From: Azolla caroliniana | Taxonomy: Eukaryota; Plantae; Polypodiophyta | Reading direction: 5' to 3' | Assembly: GCA_043228905.1 (NCBI GenBank) | Contig: JBHGNT010000001.1 | Location: 36,704,001-36,768,000 of the forward strand | Length of the DNA stretch: 64,000 bases | Shown here: one piece after another, positions 1 through 12,900 of the stretch | How positions within the stretch are numbered: the stretch's first letter is position 1 | How the letters are laid out: each line of letters begins with the position of its first letter | Program-made: the position numbers and the translations under genes | The notes under the pieces: model-generated | Databases searched by the model: none | What the model was told of the DNA's origin: nothing | What the model saw: the letters and a program-made list of their open reading frames with translations, nothing else

Positions 1-37
1 GCGAACGAAGGGTCATTGACCTGAGGCTGAAACACGT

Positions 38-135
38 AGAGAGAGAGAGAGAGAGAGATTCAGAGTGAGAATGAAAGAGATCTGAGATTCAGATAGTTTA
101 TAGACTCAGAGAACTATTTACTCCTGAGACAGAGG

Positions 136-176
<41 letters not shown>

Positions 177-210
177 CGTGTAGGCGGAGACAGGAAATCC
201 AGATGATTCC

Positions 211-250
<40 letters not shown>
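38..250. repeat. (GA)n and (GT)n microsatellite cluster
   Basis: Dinucleotide runs visible at 38-58, 138-170 and 213-246. Confidence 0.95.
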
Positions 251-819
251 CAGATGATGCAACCCCCACCTTCGAGTGCCTCAACTGTGCTATTATCATT
301 TATGCATGCATGCATGCATGCGAAAGGACTGTCACTTCAAACCATTCATTGTTAACTTACACCGCAAACAAACAAACAAACAAACAAGAAGGCTTCTTCA
401 TTCAGGGATGGATAGAGAGACCTCCATCCACACCACCTACATCCATCCATACATGCATAAAGAGGAAGAGGGACGGAGGAAGCTTGTTTACTTTGGAAAG
501 CACCACCACCATACCATGATGGGAAGGCCTTACAACTCAATTTCTTTTGGGACAACTCTACGGGTTCATTATAATACATCATACATGTATGTGTGTGTGT
601 GTGGAAAATTGAGCCTAGGAAGATTGGCAGACACCTAGCTTGTGGAAACAAGGTTTAATTAAACTTTGCCCCCAAGAAACTATGTGAAAGAAACTCTTCC
701 AGATTGTAGACTCGTATCGGTTATGCATGTTGTTTATAAGCTAATTGCGTAAGTACCATTGACGAGAGAATTAAAGCATATTTAATTAAGTACACACGTA
801 TTCTACCCAAGGCATTCCT

Positions 820-2170
820 ATTCTATTCATCCTTCATGGAGGGTGGAACAACAATTGAAGCAACATTCAACCTCGAATACCTCGATCTTCGCCTCTTGCC
901 AATGACCTCTTTTACACAACCAATCTGAACCACATGAAGACAAATATGCGTGGAATTGGGAATAATTACATAAATTAGACTTGAAACATTGCCACACAAA
1001 GTAACACCAAGAATCAAATTGATGGGAAGTTGCAATGGAATTATATTATAATTTATATTGCACTATAGCCTTATGGTTATTTCACGCTTGTTGGATGGAC
1101 AACATGGAAAGCCATTTTTGGCTACCAACATTTGTTTAACAAATTCTGCCATTGACTAAGAAGATGCTTGCTTATATGTCTATACATATTTGATCACCTA
1201 CTTTTGGTGTTTGGGAAATGACTAATTTAGGGTTATGTATTTTAGCACATTTGGTTATGCCATGGTTCACAACTAGATGAATGGACTACCAAGATTAACG
1301 GCAATTAAATAGAGGTACCATAGTTTTGGGATGAATGGAATACAAAATGATTGGCATTCTTTTGGTTCAATATGTCATAGAGGATTGAAAATAGCTATTC
1401 ACTTGTCCATCAACCTGAACTTTATCAACCCAAAAATGCACTATCAAGATGATTGGCATTCTCTAGGTTCAAGATGACATAAAGGATTGAAAATAACTAT
1501 TCACTTGTCCTTCAATATGAACTTTAATTCGTCAACTTATATCATCAAATTATTGAAAGTACCCCAATGTAGTCTAAGAAGGCATTGCAATATACATCAC
1601 AAAATTCTTCACCCTACATTATATTTCTCTAAGCGAGCTTATGCTTTGTTGTGCTTTTTGACTAAGTTTCCCTAGCATACTCTCCTACTCAACCCAACCT
1701 TCCCTTAAGACATTAGGCCAACTCCTCCACCTTTCCTCCTCCAAGACCAACAACATGCAAATTACAAGGTTTTTTAGAACTTCATGTGCACACTTTTTTA
1801 GAACAATTTAGAACTGACATCTTGTTGCACTCTTTGGTATATTCTACCCCCACATACCCTCTTAGATTATTCTTGCCCACTTAGGACAAAGACACACATC
1901 AAGAAAACTCATGTACACAAGTCCCATGGGTCAATATGGGCCTCTTTATGAATGCAGCTAGAAACAAAAAAAATATCATCCTTTACTTATACAACCATCA
2001 GTCCTCAATGCCAATTCCTCCACCTTTCGTCCTACAACAAAAACACCATGCAAATAACAAGACTATCAAGCACTTATGAGTGCCTTTTATTGAGCCAATT
2101 GGACAAATTTCATACAAAGCACGTACATTTTGTTGCAATTCTTGGCCCAATCACCGACATACCCTCCTAA
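820..2170 (+). mobile_element. Highly degenerate Ty3/Gypsy-like protease/RT remnant
   Basis: Broken + strand frames resemble the retroelement protease-to-RT region (LLLNPTFP near 1680, KNT...DYQAL near 2040-2078); many stops and frameshifts. Confidence 0.3.
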
Positions 2171-2984
2171 GATTATTCTTCCAGTCATGAAACATTCCAT
2201 CCTATTTTGTTGATAGTTTGCATTGGGCATATCAGTAGTGACTCGGTAGCAAAACATGCTTATTTTAATTTGTATCAATTTGCATTGTGCACATCACTGG
2301 ACAGAATAGACAACAGAACATCCACACAGAATAGGCAACCAAACTCCATAGGGTATTTTCTTTTCTGGCATTGGTCCACCATATATATCATTGCAAACTA
2401 TAAGTTATATCTCTACTTTCTCACAATATGCAAATAAGCAGTTACATACTAAATACAAAACGAAATAAATGAAATGCCTCCAGACATTCACCAAATTATA
2501 GGTTACAATTACATGGTCAACTAATCACATTTTTCTCAAGAGTAAGTTATATCTGAGCAATTATACGGGGTTAATTAATCCCGTGTTTCTCATTATATGA
2601 GGTATTTGGCCAATCCCCTTTCCCTCAATTATATGGTTAAAATTAATCCACAGGTGCTGTTGATTTAGACACTTCTTTCTCAATTCATCCAATTCTTCTC
2701 TTTTTGGGAGTTTGATCAAGAACATTTAAGAAAAACTAGTAATAATAAGTATCAAATTAAATATTTAAAGTTTCTTGGCCATTGTAATTCTACCTGTTAC
2801 AAATCAATGTTATTCATACATTCATGTTCCTGAAATGTTTTTGACTTCTTGAAGCTAATGCCTCTCAAAATTATGTTTGCTCTCTTCACAATCTCTCTTA
2901 CATTAACACACCTTCAAGCCACTTCCATCAACTTCAACGCTACCTACTAAGCCACTTCCCATCACCGCAAATGAAATCAAAACC

Positions 2985-4826
2985 TTAATACATTGACACC
3001 TTTGCCTGCAAACAAATACACACAAATTCAGGAATTAAGCAAAATCCCATGTGCCTTAACAGACAATAGAGTTTAAATACAAGCATCAAAAACTAATTTA
3101 TTTTTCCACATGAAGAGGCAAAATAAGAGAAATGCTTCATGGAGAATAAACAAAACAAAAACAAAAAACATAACCTTCCTCATTTCCTCCCTCCCTCCCT
3201 CAATTCATGCATGATACCATCTGCTACTTTCCACCTACAACATCCAACTATCCATTGACCACAGAGGACATTCAAGAAATATTTAACAGAGATCATTCTG
3301 CATTGGAGGATCTCCTACAGGGATGGAGCTGATAAGAAGCTCATAAGATTTTAAAGACGAGATTCACAGATGCTGTCCATATAAACAGTAAATTGCGAGC
3401 TACGTTATTCAAATAGGATTACAATAATTGGTCAATTTTATGTTTTCAGGGTGGTGGTGGCCCTGAGACATTAAGACGGGCTATTAATAGAACCTAGATG
3501 CAGGAGGAGTGGGATATAGCAGCATTTCAGAGACCCATCCAATGCAAAGAAAAACATAGAAATGTTTCTCACCTAATAGGCTAGGCATATGTATATTATT
3601 GTGTGTGCACCTCTATTTTCCATGATATTATTGAAGCAATCACTTTTCAAGTTCGTTAGTTAACAATTCATCATTCTCAAGCTTCCTCTTCGTCATTGAG
3701 GTGCTCGGGCATTTCATTCACAATGTTCTTATTAGGCATTGACGAGGTGACGTGTTCCTAGGTACTCGCAACTTTGTACCCTATGCAGAGTGATTGAATG
3801 GATTGGCCATCAACTGTGGTTTACATGTTAATCATTGCCCATAGGTCTTTTTGTCTTTCAAGTGAACATTGATTGCATATGGTGATTTGATCATATTGCT
3901 GGTCTTGAAGATGAGTCTTATCAATACGTTTTTCTCTAACCTCTTCAGAAAGGGGAAACTTGACAATCCAACTAGGTAAACAAATTTGAGAAATATCTTT
4001 TGTATGAATACTACTTGGGACATTCATATGACTTTGGCAGTATGTACATCAGTAGGACTCTTTTGCACAGATTGAACTGGCAACAATTCCAGCAAGGAGA
4101 AATACCAATGCCATAACCACCTTTTCAGCATGCTTACACTTGTATAAAACATTTATTTAAAGACAAAGAATACTGCAGAGATAAGAAAAAACAGAGATAT
4201 TCCAGGTCCTTCAATATGCACTTTTAATTTAACTCTGCCGTGTTAGTCAATCATAAAGTCAAGTAAATCGTATACAAAAGAAGAAGGGAAGAAGAAGACA
4301 CCTGTCCAGTTCCTGCATTTGGAGTTAACTGTTGCCAACCAGGCAAAGGAAATTGTTTACCTTTCTTCACTGCATGTGTACCTCCATCTTCAATCCACAT
4401 AACTTCATCGGGTTGCTAAAGATAAAAACGAAGGAATGAAACAACAAGAAACTATGAAAAAACAATGAAGCGAGGAATTGACTCTAAACCTCTTTGGTTC
4501 TCCAATGTGCTGATCCGAAATAAAACTCTCTCCATAAGCGTTCAATACGAATTTGTTGTCCTGGTGTGGATGCAAAAACAAGGTATTACTATTTAAGGAA
4601 AAGAAATGGACACACGCTATTCAAAGAGAGAGGAGCAATCAACCGTAGCACACCAAGCAATGATCTCACAATTGAGAATGGGGAACAGAAAAGATGAAAG
4701 TTACTTCTCTAAGAATTTCCTATCATATGCACTTCTTAGTCTCCTCTACCTATCATATGCCACTTCTTAGTCTCCTCAAACCTATCATATGCCTATGTAG
4801 GGAGAGAGACGTTCTGTAATGCTATG

Positions 4827-4859
<33 letters not shown>

Positions 4860-5037
4860 GCACACACACACACACACACACACCTGTATAAGAGTTATCA
4901 GTCGAAAAGGCTCGCCGAGCGGAGCAGAACACGAGTCCTCCCCAAGAAGAAGAAGAAGAAGAAGAAGGAGTGGCGCAGAGCAAGGTGGCTATGGAGGGCC
5001 GCGTTCGTGTGACACAAGCCCTAGCAGCAGCAGCCAT
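2985..5037 (-). CDS. Small (about 119-125 aa) spliced protein of unknown function with a mitochondrial-type presequence
   Basis: Phase-compatible GT-AG exons 5037-4884, 4560-4490 and 4415-4302 give MAAAARACVTRTRPSIATLLCATPSSSSSSSWGGLVFCSARRAFSTDNSYTGQQIRIERLWREFYFGSAHWRTKEQPDEVMWIEDGGTHAVKKGKQFPLPGWQQLTPNAGTGQ. Last exon is either 4172-4134 (YSLSLNKCFIQV*) or 3005-2985 (AKVSMY*); both have pyrimidine-rich acceptors. Confidence 0.6.
4719..4795. repeat. Short tandem repeat (about 30 bp, about 2.5 copies)
   Basis: cctatcatatgc(c)acttcttagtctcctc repeated. Confidence 0.85.
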
Positions 5038-5231
5038 TTCTTGTGCTCTGCAATTAAGAAAGAACCCCTAAAACCCCAAGAACCTTTTCTTTTCCTACAC
5101 ACCTCCTACGTCCGTCTGTTCCTCTCGCTTATTTGTAAGCAAGAATAAGCTCATTCACAACATATCCCTTATTATGACTTGCATTTGTCCACTCCGCAAC
5201 ATTTTATTTGATGCTTAGGGCATTTTGTCAA

Positions 5232-5444
5232 GGAGAGGAAAACAAGGTAAATCAATGCATTTGTAATATTCTTTGGTGTTGTGAAAAGTTTGGAAGGCAA
5301 TGGAGAGGAAAACAAGGTAAATCAATGCATTTGTAATATTCTTTGGTGTTGTGAAAAGTTTGGAAGGCAATGGAGAGGAAAACAAGGTAAATCAATGCAT
5401 TTGTAATATTCTTTGGTGTTGTGAAAAGTTTGGAAGGCAATGGA
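5232..5444. repeat. 70-bp tandem repeat, 3 copies
   Basis: ggagaggaaaacaaggtaaatcaatgc...ggaaggcaat starts at 5232, 5302 and 5372. Confidence 0.95.
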
Positions 5445-5640
5445 AAAATCCCATCCTCCAAATTAATATGTACCCATTTTAGCCTCTTTACCGAGCCCCC
5501 CCCCCCCCAAACTTGGTTTGGTGGTTTACACCATAATATCAAAGTGTGAAAACAATTTAGGGTTCAAATTGTGCCATGGGTTAAGCTCTATCTCATACAT
5601 AGATCACAATCAGCCTTCCATAGACTTTAAAAAGGATACA

Positions 5641-5693
<53 letters not shown>

Positions 5694-5699
5694 CTTAAT

Positions 5700-5990
5700 T
5701 TCACCCATAGGAGTACATCTGGTGCACCAAACTACACTCCCATCTTCCTTTCCAAAATATGAAGCCACAACCATTGATACATTTTAGATCCCATCCATTT
5801 GCCAACTATTAACACCATTTGTTCTATTTGACTCAGCTCACATTCTCTTCGATGTGAGACACAAGGCTTGGGCATAGGTGAGAAAGACTTGTCAACCATA
5901 CATAGCTGATACAACATGTTTCATTCAATCTCATTCAAGTTTTGTTTGCACATTGTCAATTTGGGCCACTCCAAATACATGTTCTTCTTG
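5700..5990 (+). mobile_element. LINE ORF2 3' remnant
   Basis: LSSHSLRCET near 5830-5860 resembles the SHxLxxExG motif at the C-terminus of LINE reverse transcriptases. Confidence 0.4.
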
Positions 5991-6976
5991 TACTAATAAT
6001 CCACATCTTGATTCTAATGCTCATTAATAACATTCAATCAATACTCAGTTCCACACTTACATGTACAAATAGCACCTAAAATTTGAGGATCGTAATTAAA
6101 TTATTTGTATAATATCGATTGAGCAAGGATATGAATAATTGGAGGGAAGTTACATTATATCAAAAGCAAAATTCTTTCTATACACTGAAGTACAACACCA
6201 ATGTGGGACTTTTAATTTAGAACACTAAATGAATTTGTCCGGTACCATGGTAAAAGGTTGTGGAATCACAACTCAAATAAATTTGACACTTAATGTCACA
6301 CTAACAAACATTTTCTACTCACTTAACATTATTATCAACTCATTTTGAGAGACAGAGATCCATGTACATGATATCTTCACGATCTATCTACATATTGTAT
6401 TCATGCTCAAATTTTTGATCCTACAATGATTTTTTTCTTGATTTCTAGACAAAACTTGAATAGAAATCTCATCATTTCAACTTTTTGATCCTACAATGAT
6501 TTTTTTCTTGATTTTAAAGATCTATCCAAAACCTATAATAAAATACTCAAGACATGAATTTAGAATATCTCCCATAGCATATCTGGATGTAATGGCGAAT
6601 ATTACAAGAGCAGAATCCAAAGATGCGATTACAAGACTAATGCGATACTCAAGAGCACTGGCTTCTGGGGGGGAATCTTACCCAACTATGTCATGGTTGA
6701 ATTTTTTACATACATCCACATTAAGCGTCTCATTTTAGCCATGTGGTATGAACCAAAGATGTTAGCTGCTCTTTGACAAGTAGATGGCCATCTCATTACA
6801 TTTTCTCAATGTCAGTACAAACCAAACATGTTAGCCTTAGGATTCTCAAACAAAACCGGTGTTCCCCTTTGATAAAGCAAAATTTGTTAAGTGGATCCCT
6901 CTAGAAATAGATATTCTCGAAGCTCATTATGTTAATAGATATTCAATTTCAAAATCCTTCCATAGATCAATACCCT

Positions 6977-9900
6977 TCACAAAAGTTTAAGGCTGCCAGT
7001 GACTTCATCGATCACATCTGACGGTCCTGCAAAAATAAAAGACATGTAGATTTAGATTTAGATATACATGGTCAAGATTAAGCGTCTTGACATTGCAGCC
7101 TAGTACGTCAAAACATTAAAGATCAGAAGTTCTCTTGCTATTTTAAATAGTATTATTGAAATTTGGAACCTGTCAGGTTCTTCATTTCCCCAATGCCAAT
7201 AAGTTTATGTTATTTTCCCAGATGCCCTCACCTCAGTCAACCAACCCCTTAAAGGAGGAATCAATAATCATCTGCTATTTGAGCAAATACACATTCCTTT
7301 TTTTCTCAATTATATGTGCTATTTAAGCAATTATATGGTCTATTCATTCATTTCCTCTCTTTGGGTGTGGTGACCAGGGGTATTTGAAGAAATAATGACC
7401 TCTGGGACATGGGCCGGTAAGGTAAGCCTGGAGAATTTCAGACATTTTCTCAATTAAAATGAGGGTAGAAATCAGAGATCAACAGGAAACCTTACCAAGC
7501 AAGCTCATCACTGTCCTTGAATCTGCAAAACATAAGTGATTTTACGGGGATTAAAACCTGCCCTCTCACTTGTAACCACAGGAAAAAGCCATCAATATAA
7601 ATGCAAGCATAGATTCTTCCACCACAATTCAAAAGGACATTAGAAACAAAATCATCTAAATCACAAATAATGCCACCCTAAACAAACTACCATCAATTTG
7701 TACTGGGTTGCAGTAGATTATTAGCTTGCTAAAAATGGTTTGTCAGCATAGACTCAAATTTAGTTGCCTCTTACATATTCAATCATTACCAATTCCATCA
7801 GTGATAAAAAAAAAGTCAGAGCTATTCTGGAAGAATATAAAGCAAAGAGGACTCACTGGGCGCAATCTGTGTCTTCCCAGCATCTATTGTAATGTGTGAT
7901 GCAATTTTTAAGCTGTTTGCCTTTGCCTGCATAAAAATAAAGAAGCAAAATGTGAGATATATATCTAGTATTGCCGGTAACTAATCCTGCTTTTCAGATC
8001 CCGGACAGCTTAATTACGTTGCTGTTCATATGATTTATAAGGAAAAATTGCATGCATGTATACCTTCAGAAGGCCCAAAATATCATATACGCAGAAAATG
8101 AAATATACAGAAAACAAACTAAGAAGGATCTATTGTTCCATTACATTTATATCTACAATGCATACTCCAGAAATGATGAAGAAAACAATGCAGGAATGAG
8201 TAGTGTTAATGTTTCAGAATACCACCCTAGAGTTCCGAGTAGAAGTGTTCACCATTGCCCACTTTATCAATCTCTCCAAGTAACCGAAAGTGTCAAAGTG
8301 CTTTAGAGCAGATAGGTGTGCATTACAATCACCTACAGACAATTAGCTGCAAGACATATAAGCTCACATGCCAAAAGAATTGCGTCAGAAGTTAGATCCA
8401 AAATCAAGGAAACACATTTTCCTTAGCTTGGACCTGATCCCAAGTTTTGGTATCAATTAACAGATCTGGTAACTTGGACAGTGGGGGACTGCTGTGTCAT
8501 GGTCTTCAATGAAGAGAAAATCATCACCAGCCAATAAAGGTGGAAGCAAAGAGAAAATTGCAAGTGGATTGAACACCTTGTTTAATGGAAGACCCCCACA
8601 CTCATCCAACCCTATGAAGGTCAATCAGCAAATCTTGGCCTAACTGGTTTGTCCCAGATGAGGATTGCAGAGAGAACTTCTGGTACAGAGAGGCTATGCA
8701 GGATGACGACAAAAGGTAAAAGGGAGCTTGCCATGAAGAGCAATATCGAGCCAATTTTCAGAAATCATACTTACCATGAATTACCATGCAAGTGAATATA
8801 CAGATTGGGTTTACTTCCAAGGGCCCCAATCCAAAGTATATACAAAGGCTTCTCACCAAGGGAATCATGTAGCAGCAGAGAGAATATTTCATTGCTGGTC
8901 GAAAAGATGATGCATGTGCTACTTGCAATTGCAGCAAAGGAGGACCTGGAGTTGGAGAAGATCAATGTAAAACTGCTTTTCTCCGCGGTGATTTCAAGGA
9001 GATCTGCAGCCCACCAGTTTCATAACCACCAAAGACGGTTTGGTGTGCCAGCTAAGGAAAACCATGTACTGTCTGAAGTAAAAGCCTCACCAATGGTACC
9101 AGCAGTTCAACAAAGTGGCCTTTTGATGGCAGTCTGATACTCTTCCTATATATATTGAATGTTCATCGCCAAAAAGTCAAAGGATCACTTGTGAGGCTTT
9201 AAAGAATAAAATGAGCCAAAAGTTCAAGATGAAGGATTCTGAAGCAGCAGCACAGCATACCTTAATTATGAGGATGACTCAAGATGGAAAAGTCAAAAAT
9301 CTATCAAGGTGAATATGTCTTTCGAAGTGCTCAAGTGGTTCCAATTGAGCAGCACAGCATACCTTAATTATGAGGATGACTCAAGATGGAAAAGTCAAAA
9401 ATCTATCAAGGTGAATATGTCTTTCGAAGTGCTCAAGTGGTTCCAATTGAGGGAGCCAAGGTACGTGACTATGACATGTAAAAATGATTCGTTTTTGGTT
9501 CCAAAGGTCATACTTGACCTCCAATGACAATAATAAAACCTATTTCTGTCTGTCTGTCTCTATCTGGAGACAAAAGATTTTGCAAATTATATGAAGAAGA
9601 GATAGAAAAAAGGAGCATTTGTAAAGGTGCCCAGCTTACAAACACGGCAGAAAGAAGTATCACACCCTCTAAGTGAACACCACCATTTGACGAATGATGG
9701 TGAGGCTGATCCACGACAGTCTGGCCAAATCTCCCTCAAGCTTCAAAGTATATGGAATCAAAATCACAGAAGGCAACAGTAATGGCACATCATTGATTTC
9801 TTCCACAGCTCCATATCTCCACTGATCAAATGGCAAGGAGTCACCATAGAGGGTGCAAAGGAATGCCAACAAGAATGGAGACCAGGTATACTAGGACGTA

Positions 9901-12900
9901 ATGCACATGGGTCATACCATCACCAGATCATGGAGAACATTCCTCACCATGTCCAATCTGTACAAGGACAAACAGGCACTCGTTGAACTCTGTCAGTAGT
10001 CTCATTCAACTTCACCAAGCAGCCATAAGATGTCTTCTTGTAAACAATCTCCAAAAATCATTTCCTCACAGCATTAAGATCATGATCATGCAGATCTAGA
10101 AAGCCTAGAGCTTTTATTTTTGTTGTTCAGTATGGATGGCATGACTTCGCTTTGTACTCATGATTTGCCGCATAGGCTGATTTTGGTCTCTAATAGAACA
10201 TCACGAGTTGCACTCACTTTCCAATATATTTAGTGAAAACATTATACTTTTGGTCTCATTGGTCGTATTTGACCTCTGAAGACGATAATAAATCTCTCTA
10301 TCTATCTCTATCTCTCTCAACTAACCAAGCACAACTGCTCCAAAACCTTGCGAGCTGTTTTGCATTCACCTGCTGCCAGAAACTCAATGTATGCATTGAT
10401 GGGTATTAGACTCAAGATTAGATTTACAGCAGGAGTCGTCAGCAAATTCATGTCCAATCCCAGCAAGAAGCATTGGGAGACTCCAAAAATGACAGCTGCG
10501 TAAATAGCAAAAACTCAACATCTAGCTATGTTCCCAGTTCACAGATGTCGTGGAGATCAAGACTTCAGGAGAGCATAACCACTTCCACAATGGAACCAGA
10601 GTGCACTGCAAAGTGATATGCTTTCCCATGTGGCAACAATATGTGAGCAAGCTGAAAAGTCCTACCCTCCACACCCAGAGCCAGAGTATGAAGCAAAAAA
10701 ATTGCTTTTTCACACAGAGCTTCATTTGAGATTATATGGAGAAGAACCATATCAATCTACACGTGCAAACGGACAAACCACTGATGAAAACACAAAGTCT
10801 CTACGCGTGATTCAATTTCACCACTGTCACAAACTGATTTGTATCACACCCATTTTCTTTGTAATCTCTATAAGATGCCCATAAGTTGGGAGATGGGAAA
10901 ATACATAGATATTGTAAATCGATCTCTATCCCTATCCCTATCTCTCCCTCTTTCTTTGCTCTGTGTGTGGATCATTGTTAGCTTCTTCTCAGTTTCTGCG
11001 TTCTGCAAAAACTACTTTAACCAAAACAAGGTTTTACTGCAGCACTACTGCATGTAAGTGCTCACTAGTTGACTCACACCTTACTGGTGCACCACAAACT
11101 CCATCAAGCACTCCAATTATTACTATCACTCTTTTGAAGATATATAGGCCAAAGAAGATGACACTGAAGAATGCTGAAATATTTGCATAGTTTTTTAGCT
11201 AAGGAGTTTATACCATAGTTGCTTTTATATGATCTATATGTGTTAACTTAGGTGAAAGATATAGCGACAAATAAATACATAAGTTTGTATACCATTGTTA
11301 TTTTTATATAATCTTTATGTCTTTAACATGTGTGATAGATATGGAGAGGAATACGTATACGTGATATATACTAACATACATGAAGCTAAGAATATAATAT
11401 TCAAGGGATAATATGACTTTCTCATACCTGAAGCAAGAGCAATTCATCTTCACTTTCGACTTTGGTTACAACCTTGACTTGCCCACAGTTCTCCCACCTT
11501 ATAGATGAATGAAGACATGTATTCATATAGAGATGACTGGAACTCGTAGCCTCACAAGGAATTAACCTTAAATTTTGTGAATTGCATTTCTACTTGCCTT
11601 TGAAGTGCCTTTGGTGCCTTAAAAAATACCTTCTTGTAAAGACCTAAGGTGGCATGACTGTGATACAAGACAAAGAATCTATAAGTATGACTTTGTTTAA
11701 AACTTAGATAGAAAAATATTTGTAATCTTCTTTGCTTGGAGGAAAGTTCCAACATGTCTCAGAAAATCAATGCAATTGACAGTAGATCTTTCTTTACATA
11801 CCAAAGGATTGATAGAAAATTCTAGGAGGAATTCATACTCTCAATAAATAAAATTTTCATTATCACAACTATATTGTATACAAAATGCCATAATAAATCA
11901 GAGTGAATGACTCCTAAGTAATGTTTTAGGCATTCATGTGTGATACTATGCCTGACTTGTAAAGATCATAAAACCACAACAACAAGCTCATACTTTGAAA
12001 AGAACATAGATGATGCTTAGCTTCGAATATGGTTATTCCAATTAGATGACTCGATCGTGAAACACATACTTGATTCAAAGTCTGCTGTTGCGTGAAGATT
12101 TAAGAGCATAGCTCATCATATTAGCATAATTCCAAGAAGTCTAACAAGATAGCAATGACTTCTCATTGTTGAGGCATGACACATTAAACATATCAAAGGC
12201 TTCAAACAATATAAAGCATACAAAATCCAAGTAAACACACCTGCATTGTGCAGCTATTTTGCCTTTTCCCATTTTCAAGTCATTTCGAACTACCAGGACC
12301 TGTTATTGCAATGAAGGCTTGTGAAAAACAGCAGTATAGAGAAGAATAAAGCAAGTAACATAGATGTTCTCCCACCATTTTTGAGGTCATACATGAAATA
12401 GAACACTTCGAAGAAAAAGAGGACAAATGAGCTGTGTTCTCATCATTTTGAAGTGATTCATGAAAGAGCTGTTTGCATTCTTGATTTTAACAAGGATTTG
12501 GATTGCAGAATTACGCTTAGAACGCATCAAGAATTGAATTCTCAAGTGCATTTCTTAATTATACCAAGTTTTTGAGTCACGTATAACTTCTTCGAATGCA
12601 TTAACTTCTCACCATCTTTGCAGTCACCCTTGAAAGAGAGCAATACAGAAGGAAATGCATTCACTATTGACGAGAACAAAAAGAATCGACGTGGTTAATA
12701 CTTACTCTTTAACAGCCTGCCAGACTTTAAACGGCTTCTTCCAGGCCTTGCCCAAGACAAAAGAAATCTGGATCAAGCCAGTTATATGATATAAATGTAA
12801 CAATCACTCCATATTCCTTTGTTGAAGTCCGAATGACCCCAAGATATGGCACAACAAACTCCAGTACAATGAGAGCTTCTGCTTTTAAATAAAGAATAAA

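Noticed and set aside
118-651. Overlapping ORFs at the window start
   Set aside because: They are products of GA, GT and CAAA microsatellites (SLSLSL, THTHTH) with no domain signal.
4490-4560. QIRIERLWRE resembles an integrase-like NQRIERLWR motif
   Set aside because: No surrounding DDE context; the exon fits better in the small spliced gene model.
5232-5444. Regular repeat as a possible CRISPR array
   Set aside because: Head-to-tail identical units with no unique spacers, in eukaryotic DNA; the same applies to 43526-44218.
12705-12770. Possible extra minus-strand exon in PTH2 intron 1 (donor GTAAGT)
   Set aside because: Weak acceptor, and exon 1 joins exon 2 directly in the conserved FKM-VLVVR motif.
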